Shown: positions 29,384 to 39,854, counted from the first letter of the stretch. The stretch: 64,000 nt of DNA from Desulfobacterales bacterium (GCA_963668645.2 CAXXWC010000003.1:433201-497200); one strand, 5' to 3'. Translations and numbers: made by a program. Notes: generated by a model from the sequence alone, not told the origin.

Positions 29384-32300
29384 ATGCGGCTTAAAAAGCT
29401 CGAAATCATCGGCTTCAAATCCTTCCACGACAAGGTGGCGGTGGATTTTCCACCCGGCATTTCGGCCGTGGTGGGGCCCAACGGATGCGGCAAGAGCAAT
29501 ATCATCGATGCCCTGCGCTGGGTCATGGGCGAGCAGAGCGCCAAGCAACTGCGCGGCAAATCGATGGAGGACGTCATCTTCGCCGGTACCCGGGGCAAGC
29601 CGGCCCTGAACCTGGCCGAGGTCACGCTGACCTTGGCCAACGAGAACGGCAGCGCTCCGGCGGAATTTAAGAATTTCAGTGAAATCAGCATTACCCGCCG
29701 CCAGTATCGCTCCGCTGAACGGGCTTATTTCATCAACCGCCAGCCTTGCCGTCTCAAAGACGTTCTGAATATTTTCCTCGGCAGCGGCATGGGCGCCAAA
29801 TCCTACGCCATCATCCAGCAGGGCAACATCGGCGCCATCACCGACGCCGGCCCCGAGGAACGGCGGATCTTCATCGAAGAGGCGGCGAGCATCACACGCT
29901 TCAAGGCCCGCAAGCAGGAGGCGTTGAGCAAGGTCCAGTCCACCGAGCAGAACCTGCTGCGCCTGGACGACATCATCGGTGAAATCAAGCGTCAAATGGG
30001 CGGCCTCCAGCGCCAGGCCAAGAAGGCGGCCCTCTACCACAAGCACCAGGAGCGCCTCCGTTTCCTCGACCTGACCCTGGCCCTGCGCCAGCATGAAGCC
30101 CTTAAGGGCAACATTAAAGAGATCCAGACTCTGCTCACCGCCCAACGTGATGCCGACCAGGGCCACCTGGCCGCTTTGCACCAAATCGATGCCGCCGTGG
30201 CGCGCATCAAGTTCGAGCGTACCCGTGCCGAAGAAACGGTCAACGCCCAAGTCCAGCAGCGCTTCGAGCTGCAGCGCAGCACGGACCGTTTGGAGAACGA
30301 CCTGGCCCACCGGCGCGAAGAGATGAAGCGGTTGAATCGGGAAATCCAGGAGGCCGGCGCGACCCGGGCCGAGATCATCGGCAAGAACCAAGCCATCGGC
30401 CAGGAGATCCATCAGGTGGAATCCGAGCTGGCGGACCACCGGCAGAAAGCCGAAGCCCTGAACGCATCCATCGAGGCCGAACACCGGGCCTCGGAAGCCT
30501 TGCGTGTACGGCAGACCGATACCGCAGCAGCGCTCACCGAAGTCAATAGCCGCTTGACGGCGCTGGTGGCCGAGCAGGCACGCCTTCACAATATGCACCT
30601 GAGCGCCAGCGGTACTCGCGAGAATCTGGAACGAAGGCTAAGACGCCTCGGCGAAACCATCGGTCTGCAGCGCTCCAAGGTGGCCGAACTGGGCCAATCC
30701 GAAAAAACGGCCCGATCCGAAATGGAACAGCTGCGCGCGGATCTGTCCGCCGCCGCGCAACGCATCGCAGAACTTCACCAGACCCTCGACGCCCATAACC
30801 GGACCTTGGCCGCCCAAGTGCGCAAAGCGCAGACGATCGAATTGGAAAGCGGCAAACTGCGCACCCGCTACGGTGCCTTGAAAAAAATGGAGGAAAGCCT
30901 CGAGTGGTACCGTGACGGGGTACGCACGGTGATGCAGGCGGCCAAAACCGGCGCCACGGGATTCCGGGTGGTGGGTCTTCTGGCCGATATCCTGGTGCCC
31001 GATCCCGAATACGCTGTGGCCACAGAAGCGGTAATGGGAGAGGCCCTGCAATACATCATGGTCCCCTCGTCGCAAGATGCGATGGCTGCCATCGGCTATC
31101 TGCGCGAAAGTGAGGGCGGCCGCGGCGGTTTCATCCCCTTGGATGGGCCCGAGCCGCTGAACATCCCCTCTGCCGGGCAGGGCGATCGGCTCCTGGATCA
31201 TGTGAAGGTGGCACCGGGCTTCGAGGCCGTGGCAGAAGCCCTGCTGGGCCATGTCTGGCTGGTTCGGGATCTAACCGGCCAGCAGCGCCCCGTAGAAGAT
31301 CCCGCTCACCGGCGGATCGCAGTGGTGACCTGCCAGGGGGATACCGTCAGCGAACAGGGGGTGGTGACCGGTGGCAGCGCCCTTGGCCTGTCCGGCATCC
31401 TGGCCAAAAAACAGGAATTGCGAGACCTTGAAAGTCATATCGAAACGCTGGAACACCGGCTTGGCCAGGCCCGGGCCCACCAGGAAAAGCTGGAAAAGGA
31501 CAGCTGCACCCACCAGCAGGTCCTGCAACGCGAAACGGTCGCCAAACAGCAGCTGGCCGACGAAGCCCTGCAAGCGGAAAAAGCCCTCTACCGGGTTGGC
31601 GAGGAACTGCGCCAGGCCCGGCGCCATCTGGAGACCCTGGCCCTGGAAGAAGAACAACTTCTCGGCGAAGAAAGCGATGCCAGCGCCCAATTGCAGCAAC
31701 TGGACCGGATGGCAGAGCAAATCGGCGCGAAAATCCAGGCCCACCAGCAGAAGGTCGCACTGCTGAACGGTGAGGCCCAAGAATCCAATGAGCAGCTCCA
31801 GCGTTTCGACCAGCGCATCGTCGAACTCAAGCTGGAACGCACCGCTGCGACCGCCGGGCGCGACAGCGCCCGGCAAACCCTGGAGCGGTTGCAGCGCTTT
31901 TACCAGGACGGCGACCAGCGCCTCGAACAGCTGGAGCGAAGCCTGGCCACCAAGATCGAACGGCAGCGTGCCATTGAAACGGAGATCCGCCAGGCGCTAG
32001 ATGCCCTTGAAATACATCACCGCGACCTTGAACGCCTCGCGGCGGACATCGAAACCCATGAATCCGAACTGGCCGCCATCCAAACCCGCCTGGAGTCCCG
32101 GGACGCCGAGGCTGTTCGGGTGCAAAAAGAGCGCAGTGTGGCCCTCGAAAAGATCCGGGTCCTGGAGATGGATCTTTCGCGCAACCAGGTGCGCTGTGAT
32201 GCCCTGGTGCAGCGGCTGGCCGACAGCTACCAACTGGACATGGCCGGTGCGGCCGCCGAATGCCGCCGCCACGACGATTATGAGTCACTCAGGGACGTGC

Positions 32301-32965
32301 CCCTCGACACAATGGAAAAGGAGATCGAAGCGCTGCGAAACCGCATCGCCGCCATCACCGATGTCAACCTGGGCGCCATCAAGGAGTATGATCAGCTCAA
32401 GGAGCGCCACGAATTTCTGGCAGCCCAGCGCACGGATCTGGTCAAGGCCCTGGACGATCTGCACAAAGTGATTCGCAAGATCAACCAGGTGACCCAGGAA
32501 CGCTTCAGCCAGACCCTGGATCAGGTCAACGACCGGATGCAGGAGGTCTTTCCCAAATTGTTCGAGGGCGGATCTGGAAGGCTGGTGATGACCGAACCGG
32601 AAAACCCGCTGGAGACCGGCGTCGAGTTTCTGATCCATCCGCCGGGCAAGAAGTTGACCCGCATGAGCCTGCTCTCCGGCGGAGAGAAAGCCATGGCCGC
32701 CATCGCCTTTATCTTCTCGATTTTCCTGATCAGACCGGCCTCGTTTTGCCTGCTCGACGAAATCGACGCCCCCCTGGACGACGCCAATGTCCTGCGCTAT
32801 AATAATTTGCTCCGTCTGATCGGAGAAAAATCACAAATCGTGATGATTACCCATAACAAACGCAGCATGGAATTCGCCGACACCCTCTTCGGTGTGACCA
32901 TGCCCCAGAAGGGGATTTCGAAGATCGTTTCGGTCAATCTGCAAAAAACCGCCCAGGCGGCCTGA
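29384..32965 (+). CDS. smc: Chromosome segregation protein SMC
   Basis: GFKSF, GPNGCGKSN, coiled coils, hinge, LLSGGEK, LDEIDAPLD. Confidence 0.95.
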   Translation: MRLKKLEIIGFKSFHDKVAVDFPPGISAVVGPNGCGKSNIIDALRWVMGEQSAKQLRGKSMEDVIFAGTRGKPALNLAEVTLTLANENGSAPAEFKNFSEISITRRQYRSAERAYFINRQPCRLKDVLNIFLGSGMGAKSYAIIQQGNIGAITDAGPEERRIFIEEAASITRFKARKQEALSKVQSTEQNLLRLDDIIGEIKRQMGGLQRQAKKAALYHKHQERLRFLDLTLALRQHEALKGNIKEIQTLLTAQRDADQGHLAALHQIDAAVARIKFERTRAEETVNAQVQQRFELQRSTDRLENDLAHRREEMKRLNREIQEAGATRAEIIGKNQAIGQEIHQVESELADHRQKAEALNASIEAEHRASEALRVRQTDTAAALTEVNSRLTALVAEQARLHNMHLSASGTRENLERRLRRLGETIGLQRSKVAELGQSEKTARSEMEQLRADLSAAAQRIAELHQTLDAHNRTLAAQVRKAQTIELESGKLRTRYGALKKMEESLEWYRDGVRTVMQAAKTGATGFRVVGLLADILVPDPEYAVATEAVMGEALQYIMVPSSQDAMAAIGYLRESEGGRGGFIPLDGPEPLNIPSAGQGDRLLDHVKVAPGFEAVAEALLGHVWLVRDLTGQQRPVEDPAHRRIAVVTCQGDTVSEQGVVTGGSALGLSGILAKKQELRDLESHIETLEHRLGQARAHQEKLEKDSCTHQQVLQRETVAKQQLADEALQAEKALYRVGEELRQARRHLETLALEEEQLLGEESDASAQLQQLDRMAEQIGAKIQAHQQKVALLNGEAQESNEQLQRFDQRIVELKLERTAATAGRDSARQTLERLQRFYQDGDQRLEQLERSLATKIERQRAIETEIRQALDALEIHHRDLERLAADIETHESELAAIQTRLESRDAEAVRVQKERSVALEKIRVLEMDLSRNQVRCDALVQRLADSYQLDMAGAAAECRRHDDYESLRDVPLDTMEKEIEALRNRIAAITDVNLGAIKEYDQLKERHEFLAAQRTDLVKALDDLHKVIRKINQVTQERFSQTLDQVNDRMQEVFPKLFEGGSGRLVMTEPENPLETGVEFLIHPPGKKLTRMSLLSGGEKAMAAIAFIFSIFLIRPASFCLLDEIDAPLDDANVLRYNNLLRLIGEKSQIVMITHNKRSMEFADTLFGVTMPQKGISKIVSVNLQKTAQAA

Positions 32966-32992
32966 AAAACGCCCGGAAGAAGTCAAGCGCCC

Positions 32993-34054
32993 ATGGCCTT
33001 TAAGTGGTTGAAAAAATCTAAAGAACAAAGCGACACCCCGTCAAATGATGCTGAGCTGGCACATCCGGCCGCGCCAAAAAGCCCGCAGCCCCCATCCGCC
33101 GCGCCGCCGGCCCCGCAAACGGCGCCGGCCCCTGCCGATGATAATTGCAAAGTCGGATTCATGGCGCGCCTGCGGCAGGGATTGGCCAAAACCCGTAACT
33201 TTCTGACCACCGATATCGAAGATCTTTTCTCCGGTCGCCGGCAAATCGACGACGAGATGCTCGAAGACCTCGAGGCGCTGCTGATCATGGCCGATATCGG
33301 CGCCCCTGCCGCCATGGACCTAGTGGCGACCATTCAACAGGGTGCAGGCCGCATCCAGGATGCCGAAGGGCTCAAGAACGCCCTGAAAGCCGAAATTCAA
33401 CGCCTGATCCAGGTACCGGCCCCGGCGGCGGGTGCAGCCCGGGGCAAACCGCATGTGATCATGGTGGTGGGCGTCAACGGGGTGGGCAAGACCACGACCA
33501 TCGGCAAAATGGCAGCCAAGGCCGCCGCGGCAGGCCAGCAGGTGGTGGTGGTGGCGGCCGACACTTTCCGAGCCGCGGCCATCGAACAGCTCGGCATCTG
33601 GGCCGAACGGGCCGGGGCCGATCTGATCCGCCACAAGGCCAATTCCGACCCGGCGGCGGTGGCTTACGACGGGGTGGCGGCTGCGGTGGCCCGGGGATCC
33701 GACCTGGTGCTCATCGACACCGCCGGCCGCTTGCACACCAACGTCAACCTGATGCAGGAGCTGAAAAAAATCCAGCGTACGATATCGCGCCAGCTTCCCG
33801 GGGCGCCTCAGGAAATACTGCTGGTGGTGGATGCCACCACCGGGCAAAACGGCCTGAACCAGGCCCGCCAGTTTCATGAGGCGTTGGGCGTGACCGGCAT
33901 TGCGCTGACCAAGCTCGACGGGACGGCTAAAGGCGGGATCGTGGTGAGCATCTGCCGCGATCTGAATCTGCCGCTTTGCTACGTTGGGGTGGGCGAGCAG
34001 ATCGCGGATCTGCAGCCCTTTGATGCCCGGGCCTTCGTCGAGGCCCTCTTCTAA
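32993..34054 (+). CDS. ftsY: Signal recognition particle receptor FtsY
   Basis: GVNGVGKTTT, DTFRAAA, DTAGR, TKLDGTAKGG. Confidence 0.95.
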   Translation: MAFKWLKKSKEQSDTPSNDAELAHPAAPKSPQPPSAAPPAPQTAPAPADDNCKVGFMARLRQGLAKTRNFLTTDIEDLFSGRRQIDDEMLEDLEALLIMADIGAPAAMDLVATIQQGAGRIQDAEGLKNALKAEIQRLIQVPAPAAGAARGKPHVIMVVGVNGVGKTTTIGKMAAKAAAAGQQVVVVAADTFRAAAIEQLGIWAERAGADLIRHKANSDPAAVAYDGVAAAVARGSDLVLIDTAGRLHTNVNLMQELKKIQRTISRQLPGAPQEILLVVDATTGQNGLNQARQFHEALGVTGIALTKLDGTAKGGIVVSICRDLNLPLCYVGVGEQIADLQPFDARAFVEALF

Positions 34055-34332
34055 CGCCGGATGCCGAAGCCCTGGAACTCGCCGCGATACGGCTGGGCTT
34101 CGGCTTGCACCGAGGCCACGCCGGCAAAGGCAGGCCCTCTTCGGCACCAGGCGATGAGGGTCTCGACCGCTTCACGGTTCCCCTCGAACACCCCTTCCAC
34201 CGATCCGTCGGAGCGGTTGCGCACATAGCCTGCAACCCCCAAACGCTCGGCCTCACAGCGGGCTTCCCAGCGGTAGGCAACCCCTTGGACCCGGCCATGA
34301 ATCCGCACCCGGCAGCGGATTTTCTCACTCAT
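34051..34332 (-). CDS. acyP: Acylphosphatase
   Basis: GRVQGVAYR, GYVRN.DGSVE, W..GP. Confidence 0.9.
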   Translation of the reverse strand: MSEKIRCRVRIHGRVQGVAYRWEARCEAERLGVAGYVRNRSDGSVEGVFEGNREAVETLIAWCRRGPAFAGVASVQAEAQPYRGEFQGFGIRR

Positions 34333-36553
34333 CGGGTTCCTCCCGGGGCGCTTGTCCCACCAATTGCCAATACTGGTCCTCATCGATCACGGTGGCACCC
34401 AGATCCCGCGCCTTGCTCAGCTTGGCGGCCCCGACCTTCGCCCCGCAAACCAGATAATCGGTCTGCCGCCCCACCGCGTCCTGGACGATCATTCCCCGGC
34501 TGCGGGCATCGGCCTGCATCTGCTCCCGGCTGCCCCAGGCCATCTTGCCGGTAAACACCACCCGCTTGCCCGAAATCGCAGTGGCCGCGACCGCCTGCTC
34601 TTCCTCAGATGGATAGCGCCATTCCAGCGTCAGGGCGGCAGCGGCCCGCAAGGCGGCGTTCTGGCGCGCCAGGCCATCGGCAACAGCACGCCAGGCCATC
34701 GGTCCACCATCGGCACCGTGCAGCAGATCTTCCAGATCGGCGGTTTGCACTGCTGCGGCAAGATCCGCCAGGGAATAGCGCGCCAGCAGTGCCGATGCAA
34801 CCGCCTGCTGGCGGGCGAGTCGATCCTTTTTACGCCGGGCCTGATCCTCGGACAAAGCGGTGAAGACACCCAGGGCCACAAGGAAGTCCGCCGCCGCCGG
34901 CACGGTCCGTTCCAGGTTGAACCCTCTTTGTAGCATGGCCCGGATCTCACCGGCCCGGATCTTGATCTCATCGGCAATGGCGCTGCTGGTCAGATCGGCG
35001 AATCCGTAAATACGGGCGATCTGTTCGGCCTCGGCGCGCAGGACCAGCTCCAGGGGGATGGCCTGCAACAGCCGCCGGCTGTCACCGGTGCCCAGATGCG
35101 GAAGCCCGAAGGCGGCCAGAAAGCGCCAGTCCGCCATGGACTGGGAACAACTGATCTGCAGGGCCTGGATCAGGTTGGTCGACTGGACGGGTCCGAACCC
35201 TGCGGCTTCACAGTCTTGGATATTCAGATCGTAGATCTTCGCCAATGTGTCGTGGCCGGCGTCCACCAGCCGCTCCACCGTCTTGATGCCGAACCAGTCG
35301 GCATTGCCGATGGTATGGAACCAGTGGCGGATGCGCTGGACGATCTGATCGCGGCATCCCTCGCTGTTGGGGCAGCGGAGAAACGGCCCTTCCCGTTGCA
35401 GCAAGCTCTGGCAGGAGGGGCAGCGGTCCGGCAACTCGACCCGCTCGCTGGGCTCTAACACCTTTTCGATCTTGGGGATGACCTCACCGCTGCGGATGAT
35501 CTCGATTTGGGCGCCCGGGCCGATCCGATCCTGGATCAGTCTTTCGGCATTGTGGGCCGTCACCCTGCGGATGGTGGCACCGGAGAGCGAGACCGGGGTC
35601 ACTTCCATTACCGGCGTGAGGTTGCCGGTGCGTCCGATCTGCCAGGTGATCCCTTCCACGGTGGTCACGGCGGTCTCCCCACGCCGCTTGAAGGCGATTT
35701 GCCAGCGGTAATGATGGGCCGTGGCCCCCAGCGCATCGCGCAGAACCGGATCGGTGGTCTCGATCACCAGGCCGTCGGTGGGATAATCGATCTCGGTCAG
35801 GTCGGCATAGATTTCATCGATGGCGGCCACCAGGTCCTGGCCGCTTCCGGTCCAGCCCGCCAAGTCTGCGTAGGGCACGAAGCGTACCGCTCCGTCTTCA
35901 AGGGCCTGCTGGGCGTCCTCGTTGACCGCGTCGGCCGCAACGATGCCTACCACCGTGTTGCGCGGATGCACGAAAGCGCCGGTCAGGTGCGCCTCAAAAT
36001 ACGAATTGAGCATCACGATTTCGCCCAACCCTCTGCCCCGGCCGCCTTCGGGGATCACGCCTTTTTCCAGGGCCGAGGTGATGTCAAATCCGAAGATTCC
36101 ATCGCCACGCGAAGAGAGGATGGTTCCGTCGTCTCTTCCGGCCAGGCCGTCGAGCTTGGGCGTGACCTTGAAGGTCGGATCCTGGATGCCGAGTTCGGCC
36201 GCCCTCTTTTGCACGCGGGCGACAAACTGCTCAAGATCCTGAACCGAATACGCCTTTTCCGTAGACAGCATCGGTTTTGGATGACGGATCTGGCGTTTGG
36301 CGGGAAAGACCTCCGGTTCAACGGCGGTTAAAAAGGGATGGTCCGGCGCCAGGGCGCGCAAACGTTCCACCAGCGCATCATACTCGCGATCCGTCATCAG
36401 CGGCTCACCGCGCCGGTAAGCCGCATTGCAGGCTTCCAGACGCTCGGCGAGGGCCTCGGCGGAAAGGGCAGTCGTGTCTTGGGCCATGGCCGGTATCATT
36501 CCTCCCCACAGCAACCCAAAAATCAAAGCGAAGATCCGAACCGAAGAGGGCAC
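34325..36553 (-). CDS. Atypical NAD+-dependent DNA ligase (LigA-like) with putative N-terminal signal peptide
   Basis: AYRRGEP..D.EYD (domain Ia), KLDG adenylation motif, RGDG, TDGLV, IAFK, OB fold, CPSC..C..C Zn finger, HhH and BRCT domains. Confidence 0.85.
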   Translation of the reverse strand: MPSSVRIFALIFGLLWGGMIPAMAQDTTALSAEALAERLEACNAAYRRGEPLMTDREYDALVERLRALAPDHPFLTAVEPEVFPAKRQIRHPKPMLSTEKAYSVQDLEQFVARVQKRAAELGIQDPTFKVTPKLDGLAGRDDGTILSSRGDGIFGFDITSALEKGVIPEGGRGRGLGEIVMLNSYFEAHLTGAFVHPRNTVVGIVAADAVNEDAQQALEDGAVRFVPYADLAGWTGSGQDLVAAIDEIYADLTEIDYPTDGLVIETTDPVLRDALGATAHHYRWQIAFKRRGETAVTTVEGITWQIGRTGNLTPVMEVTPVSLSGATIRRVTAHNAERLIQDRIGPGAQIEIIRSGEVIPKIEKVLEPSERVELPDRCPSCQSLLQREGPFLRCPNSEGCRDQIVQRIRHWFHTIGNADWFGIKTVERLVDAGHDTLAKIYDLNIQDCEAAGFGPVQSTNLIQALQISCSQSMADWRFLAAFGLPHLGTGDSRRLLQAIPLELVLRAEAEQIARIYGFADLTSSAIADEIKIRAGEIRAMLQRGFNLERTVPAAADFLVALGVFTALSEDQARRKKDRLARQQAVASALLARYSLADLAAAVQTADLEDLLHGADGGPMAWRAVADGLARQNAALRAAAALTLEWRYPSEEEQAVAATAISGKRVVFTGKMAWGSREQMQADARSRGMIVQDAVGRQTDYLVCGAKVGAAKLSKARDLGATVIDEDQYWQLVGQAPREEPDE

Positions 36554-36625
36554 AATGCAAGACCTCCTGCCCCCGGGCCGGCCTCTCCGGCCGTGCAGCC
36601 TGAGGCGCGGTTGTGATCCACCGGA

Positions 36626-37378
36626 TCAGGAGTCCGCTGGCAAAGAAGGATCTTGCAGCAGGCGGCCGATCCGGCGGCAGAGGCGTTGTCGGGTCTGAAC
36701 AAAACGCGGTGCGCTGAATCCGGGGTGCCAGCTTCCAGAAGCCAAACTGTCGGATACTACCAGGACCACGGCCATCTGGACCTGTAAAAACTCGGCCGCT
36801 GCATAGAGGGCCGATACTTCCATTTCCACGGCCAGTGCCCCTCGGGCAGTAAAATGGGCCACCCGCGACGGCGTTTCGCGAAACACCGCATCGGTGCTCC
36901 AGATTGCCCCGCGGTGCATCGGAATATCCGGGGTGCCCACCGCCGACCCCACAAAATCCTGCCAGGGGCCATGGGGTCTGCCGCTCTGGCCGGGGTTCAA
37001 ACCATAAGCCGGCGAGGTCCCCTCGTCGACAATCGCCTCGGTGGGCAGCAACAGGTCCCCGATATCGAGAGTCTCACTCAAGGCGCCGCACCAGCCGAAG
37101 TAGACGATGCGCCGCGCCCCCCAGGCGACCAGGGTTTCCAGAATCATGACGGCGTAAGGTGCGCCGATGATCGGCCCCGTGGCGCTGGGCCCTGCCGGGA
37201 TACGGGGTGAATGGAAAATCTTGCTGTTTAAAAGTCCACGCTGGGCCAATCCCCCCTGGGGAGCCCATTCCTTGCAAACCCCGGCAAGATCCTGGCCATT
37301 GCTGGCCATCATCGCCAGGGGGCCGAGGGCCGGGCTGTTGCGACGACGCACGGGCCGGACAATGGGAGCTTCGATCAC
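36626..37378 (-). CDS. Purine/uridine nucleoside phosphorylase family protein
   Basis: IGAP, GWCGAL, DEGTS, WSTDAVFRET, AVEME, VSD. Confidence 0.8.
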   Translation of the reverse strand: MIEAPIVRPVRRRNSPALGPLAMMASNGQDLAGVCKEWAPQGGLAQRGLLNSKIFHSPRIPAGPSATGPIIGAPYAVMILETLVAWGARRIVYFGWCGALSETLDIGDLLLPTEAIVDEGTSPAYGLNPGQSGRPHGPWQDFVGSAVGTPDIPMHRGAIWSTDAVFRETPSRVAHFTARGALAVEMEVSALYAAAEFLQVQMAVVLVVSDSLASGSWHPGFSAPRFVQTRQRLCRRIGRLLQDPSLPADS

Positions 37379-37400
37379 GGCAAGCCTTCCCCGTTCTTGT

Positions 37401-37655
37401 TCAGTTCGGTCCGGCCAGGTCGGTCAATTCATCCTTGATTTCATCGATCGTGTCGTAAAGCCACAAGACGTCTTCCACCGTCAGGCGCCCGGCTTTGACC
37501 GGTGCGCGATCCGATCCATCCTTGCGTTTGAGGATGCGCGGGCCAATCTGCAGCTTGGCTTCTCCCCCATCGTACTGATTGATGGAGACGACCAACCCCG
37601 TTTCCTCCGAGTGCCACTGTTTGATGGTTTTGTCTTTGTTGGGATCGTAAGGCAT
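37401..37655 (-). CDS. Small hypothetical protein, possibly PC4-like ssDNA-binding fold
   Basis: 84 aa, good codon usage and SD; beta-strand run (LVVSINQYDGGEAKLQIG) followed by a C-terminal helix. Confidence 0.6.
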   Translation of the reverse strand: MPYDPNKDKTIKQWHSEETGLVVSINQYDGGEAKLQIGPRILKRKDGSDRAPVKAGRLTVEDVLWLYDTIDEIKDELTDLAGPN

Positions 37656-37694
37656 ATCGTCATACTCCGAATTTTGAGATCTCTGGAGACGTTT

Positions 37695-39779
37695 TCAAGC
37701 CGACAGTCTGGAAAAATCGGCGAAACGGTCGAAAAGCGCCGCCACTTTGCGCAGCAGTGCAAGCCGATTGGCCCTTACGCGGGGGTCCTCGTCCATCACC
37801 AGCACCCCCTCGAAGAAGGCATCCACCGGAGCTCTTAAGGAGGCGGTTGCCCGCAGGGCCGCAGCATAATCGCCGCCCTCGAGGTGTTGTTCCACCCCGG
37901 CGGTGACCGCGGCCAGGGTCTCGTGCAGGGCGCTCTCACAAGGTGCGCTGAAACGGCCCGGATCCAGGAGGTTGCCTTCCTCGGGATCGGCCTTGCGGAT
38001 GATGTTGACCACCCGTTTGAACGCGATGGCGATGGGCTCGAAGTCGGCCATGGTCTTGAGCTCTGCCAGGGCCGCGGCCCGCTTCCAGACATCCGGCACC
38101 CGGTCGGCGGAAATCCCCAGCACCGCAGCGACCACCTCGCGGCTGTAGCCTTCTTCGCCGAGCAGATATTCCATCCGCTGCTGCAGGAACCGGCCCACCT
38201 GCGCGGTCACCTCCTCGGCCGGCAGCCGCCGAACCGCTTCGAAGCGCGAGACGGCATCTTGGATTAGCGTCTGGAGGGAAAGAGGCATCTGGCGCCGCAG
38301 CATAATCTGGATCAGTCCGATGGCCTGGCGCCTCAGGGCGTAAGGATCGGCTCCACCGGTGGGGATGAGTCCCACACAGAAGCATCCGCAGATCGTATCC
38401 AGCTTGTCGGCAATCGCCAGTACGGCCCCGGCCTCGGTTTCGGGCAGCGGTGCACCGGCGTGCACCGGCCGGTAATGGTCCTCGACGGCTGCCGCCACTT
38501 CGGGCGCCTCACCGGCGGCCGAGGCGTAGACCCTTCCCATGATCCCCTGCAGATTGGGAAACTCGTAGACCACCTGGCTGACCAGATCGGTCTTGCAGAT
38601 CCGCGCGGCCCGCTGCACGGCTTCCACCTGCCGGCTGTCGCCGCCCAGCGCTGCACGGATGCGGCCCGCCAGGGCCCCGATGCGTTCGGTCTTGGCGTAC
38701 ATCGAGCCCAGCTCGGCCTGAAACAGAACGCCCTTGAGCTTTTCCAGGCGCGTTTCGGCGCTTACGGTCAAATCGCCGTTGTAAAAAAACTGGGCGTCCT
38801 TGAGCCGGGCTCTGAGCACCCTCTGGTGCCCGCTGGCCACAAGCGCCGGATCCTTGACCTGGGTATTGTTGATCGCCACGAAGGCCGGCAGCAGGTTTCC
38901 GCCCTGGTCCACCACGGCGAAGTATTTTTGATGCTCGCGCATCGCCGTGATCAGGATCTGGCGCGGCAAAGAAAGAAAATCCGCATCGAAGGAGCCCGCA
39001 GTGGCCACGGGCCATTCGACCAGGTTGGTGACCGTCTCGAGCAGGTCCGGATCCGGAAGGATACGCCCGCCGGCGGTCCGTGCCGCGGCATCGGCCTCCT
39101 GGCGGACGCGCTCGCGACGGGTGTCTATCTCGGCCACGACCTTGGCCTGAAGCAACCGGTCTGCGTATCGATCCGGATCGGCCAGAACGATCTTCTGGGG
39201 CTGCATGATGAAATGACCGACCGTGCTGCGCCCGCTCTTGACGTTGCCCAGGCGAAAGGGGATCACCCGGTCCCCCAGCAGGGCCACGATACGATGGATG
39301 GGACGGGCAAAGGTGATCTTGAGGGCCGCCCAGCGCATGGTTTTGGGAAAAGGGATGGCCAGGATCACCTCGGGCAGCATCTTCTGGAGCAAGGTCCGGG
39401 TGGCACGGCCGCGTTCCGTCTTGCGGGCCACCAGATAATTTCCTCGCTCGGTCTGGCGCACCGCCAGGGCACCGACTCTGACACCGGCCTTCTCGGCGAA
39501 CTTGTGGGCCGCCAGGGTCGGATGGCCGTCATCGTCATAGGCCACCCGGGCCGGCGGCCCCACCACCTCGGTGGTCACGGCGGCCTGTTTGGGGGCCACC
39601 GCCTCGACCAGGACCGCCAAACGGCGGGGGGTGCCATAGGTGCATGCCGCGCCATGGCCGATGCGCGCCTCGTCCAGACAGGCCAAAAGCCGGTTACTGA
39701 GGGCTGCCAGCGCAGGGGCGATATAACCTGCCGGGATTTCTTCGGTTCCAATCTCGATCAACAAACTGTCCATTCCCAC
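37695..39779 (-). CDS. glyS: Glycine-tRNA ligase beta subunit
   Basis: LLIEIGTEEIP, TPRRLA, FARP, HQKYF, EFP.LQG.MG, DPYALRR, DALR-like C-terminus. Confidence 0.96.
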   Translation of the reverse strand: MGMDSLLIEIGTEEIPAGYIAPALAALSNRLLACLDEARIGHGAACTYGTPRRLAVLVEAVAPKQAAVTTEVVGPPARVAYDDDGHPTLAAHKFAEKAGVRVGALAVRQTERGNYLVARKTERGRATRTLLQKMLPEVILAIPFPKTMRWAALKITFARPIHRIVALLGDRVIPFRLGNVKSGRSTVGHFIMQPQKIVLADPDRYADRLLQAKVVAEIDTRRERVRQEADAAARTAGGRILPDPDLLETVTNLVEWPVATAGSFDADFLSLPRQILITAMREHQKYFAVVDQGGNLLPAFVAINNTQVKDPALVASGHQRVLRARLKDAQFFYNGDLTVSAETRLEKLKGVLFQAELGSMYAKTERIGALAGRIRAALGGDSRQVEAVQRAARICKTDLVSQVVYEFPNLQGIMGRVYASAAGEAPEVAAAVEDHYRPVHAGAPLPETEAGAVLAIADKLDTICGCFCVGLIPTGGADPYALRRQAIGLIQIMLRRQMPLSLQTLIQDAVSRFEAVRRLPAEEVTAQVGRFLQQRMEYLLGEEGYSREVVAAVLGISADRVPDVWKRAAALAELKTMADFEPIAIAFKRVVNIIRKADPEEGNLLDPGRFSAPCESALHETLAAVTAGVEQHLEGGDYAAALRATASLRAPVDAFFEGVLVMDEDPRVRANRLALLRKVAALFDRFADFSRLSA

Positions 39780-39854
39780 CTCTGATCTTATGCTACGGTC
39801 ATCCGGCGCCAGGGCCGTCGGGTTCTATTTACAGCCGCTGACGTCGAATCGGTA

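Noticed and set aside
29384..32965. SMC as part of a defence system (Wadjet-like)
   Set aside because: Canonical SMC with hinge next to ftsY; no jetABD-like neighbours.
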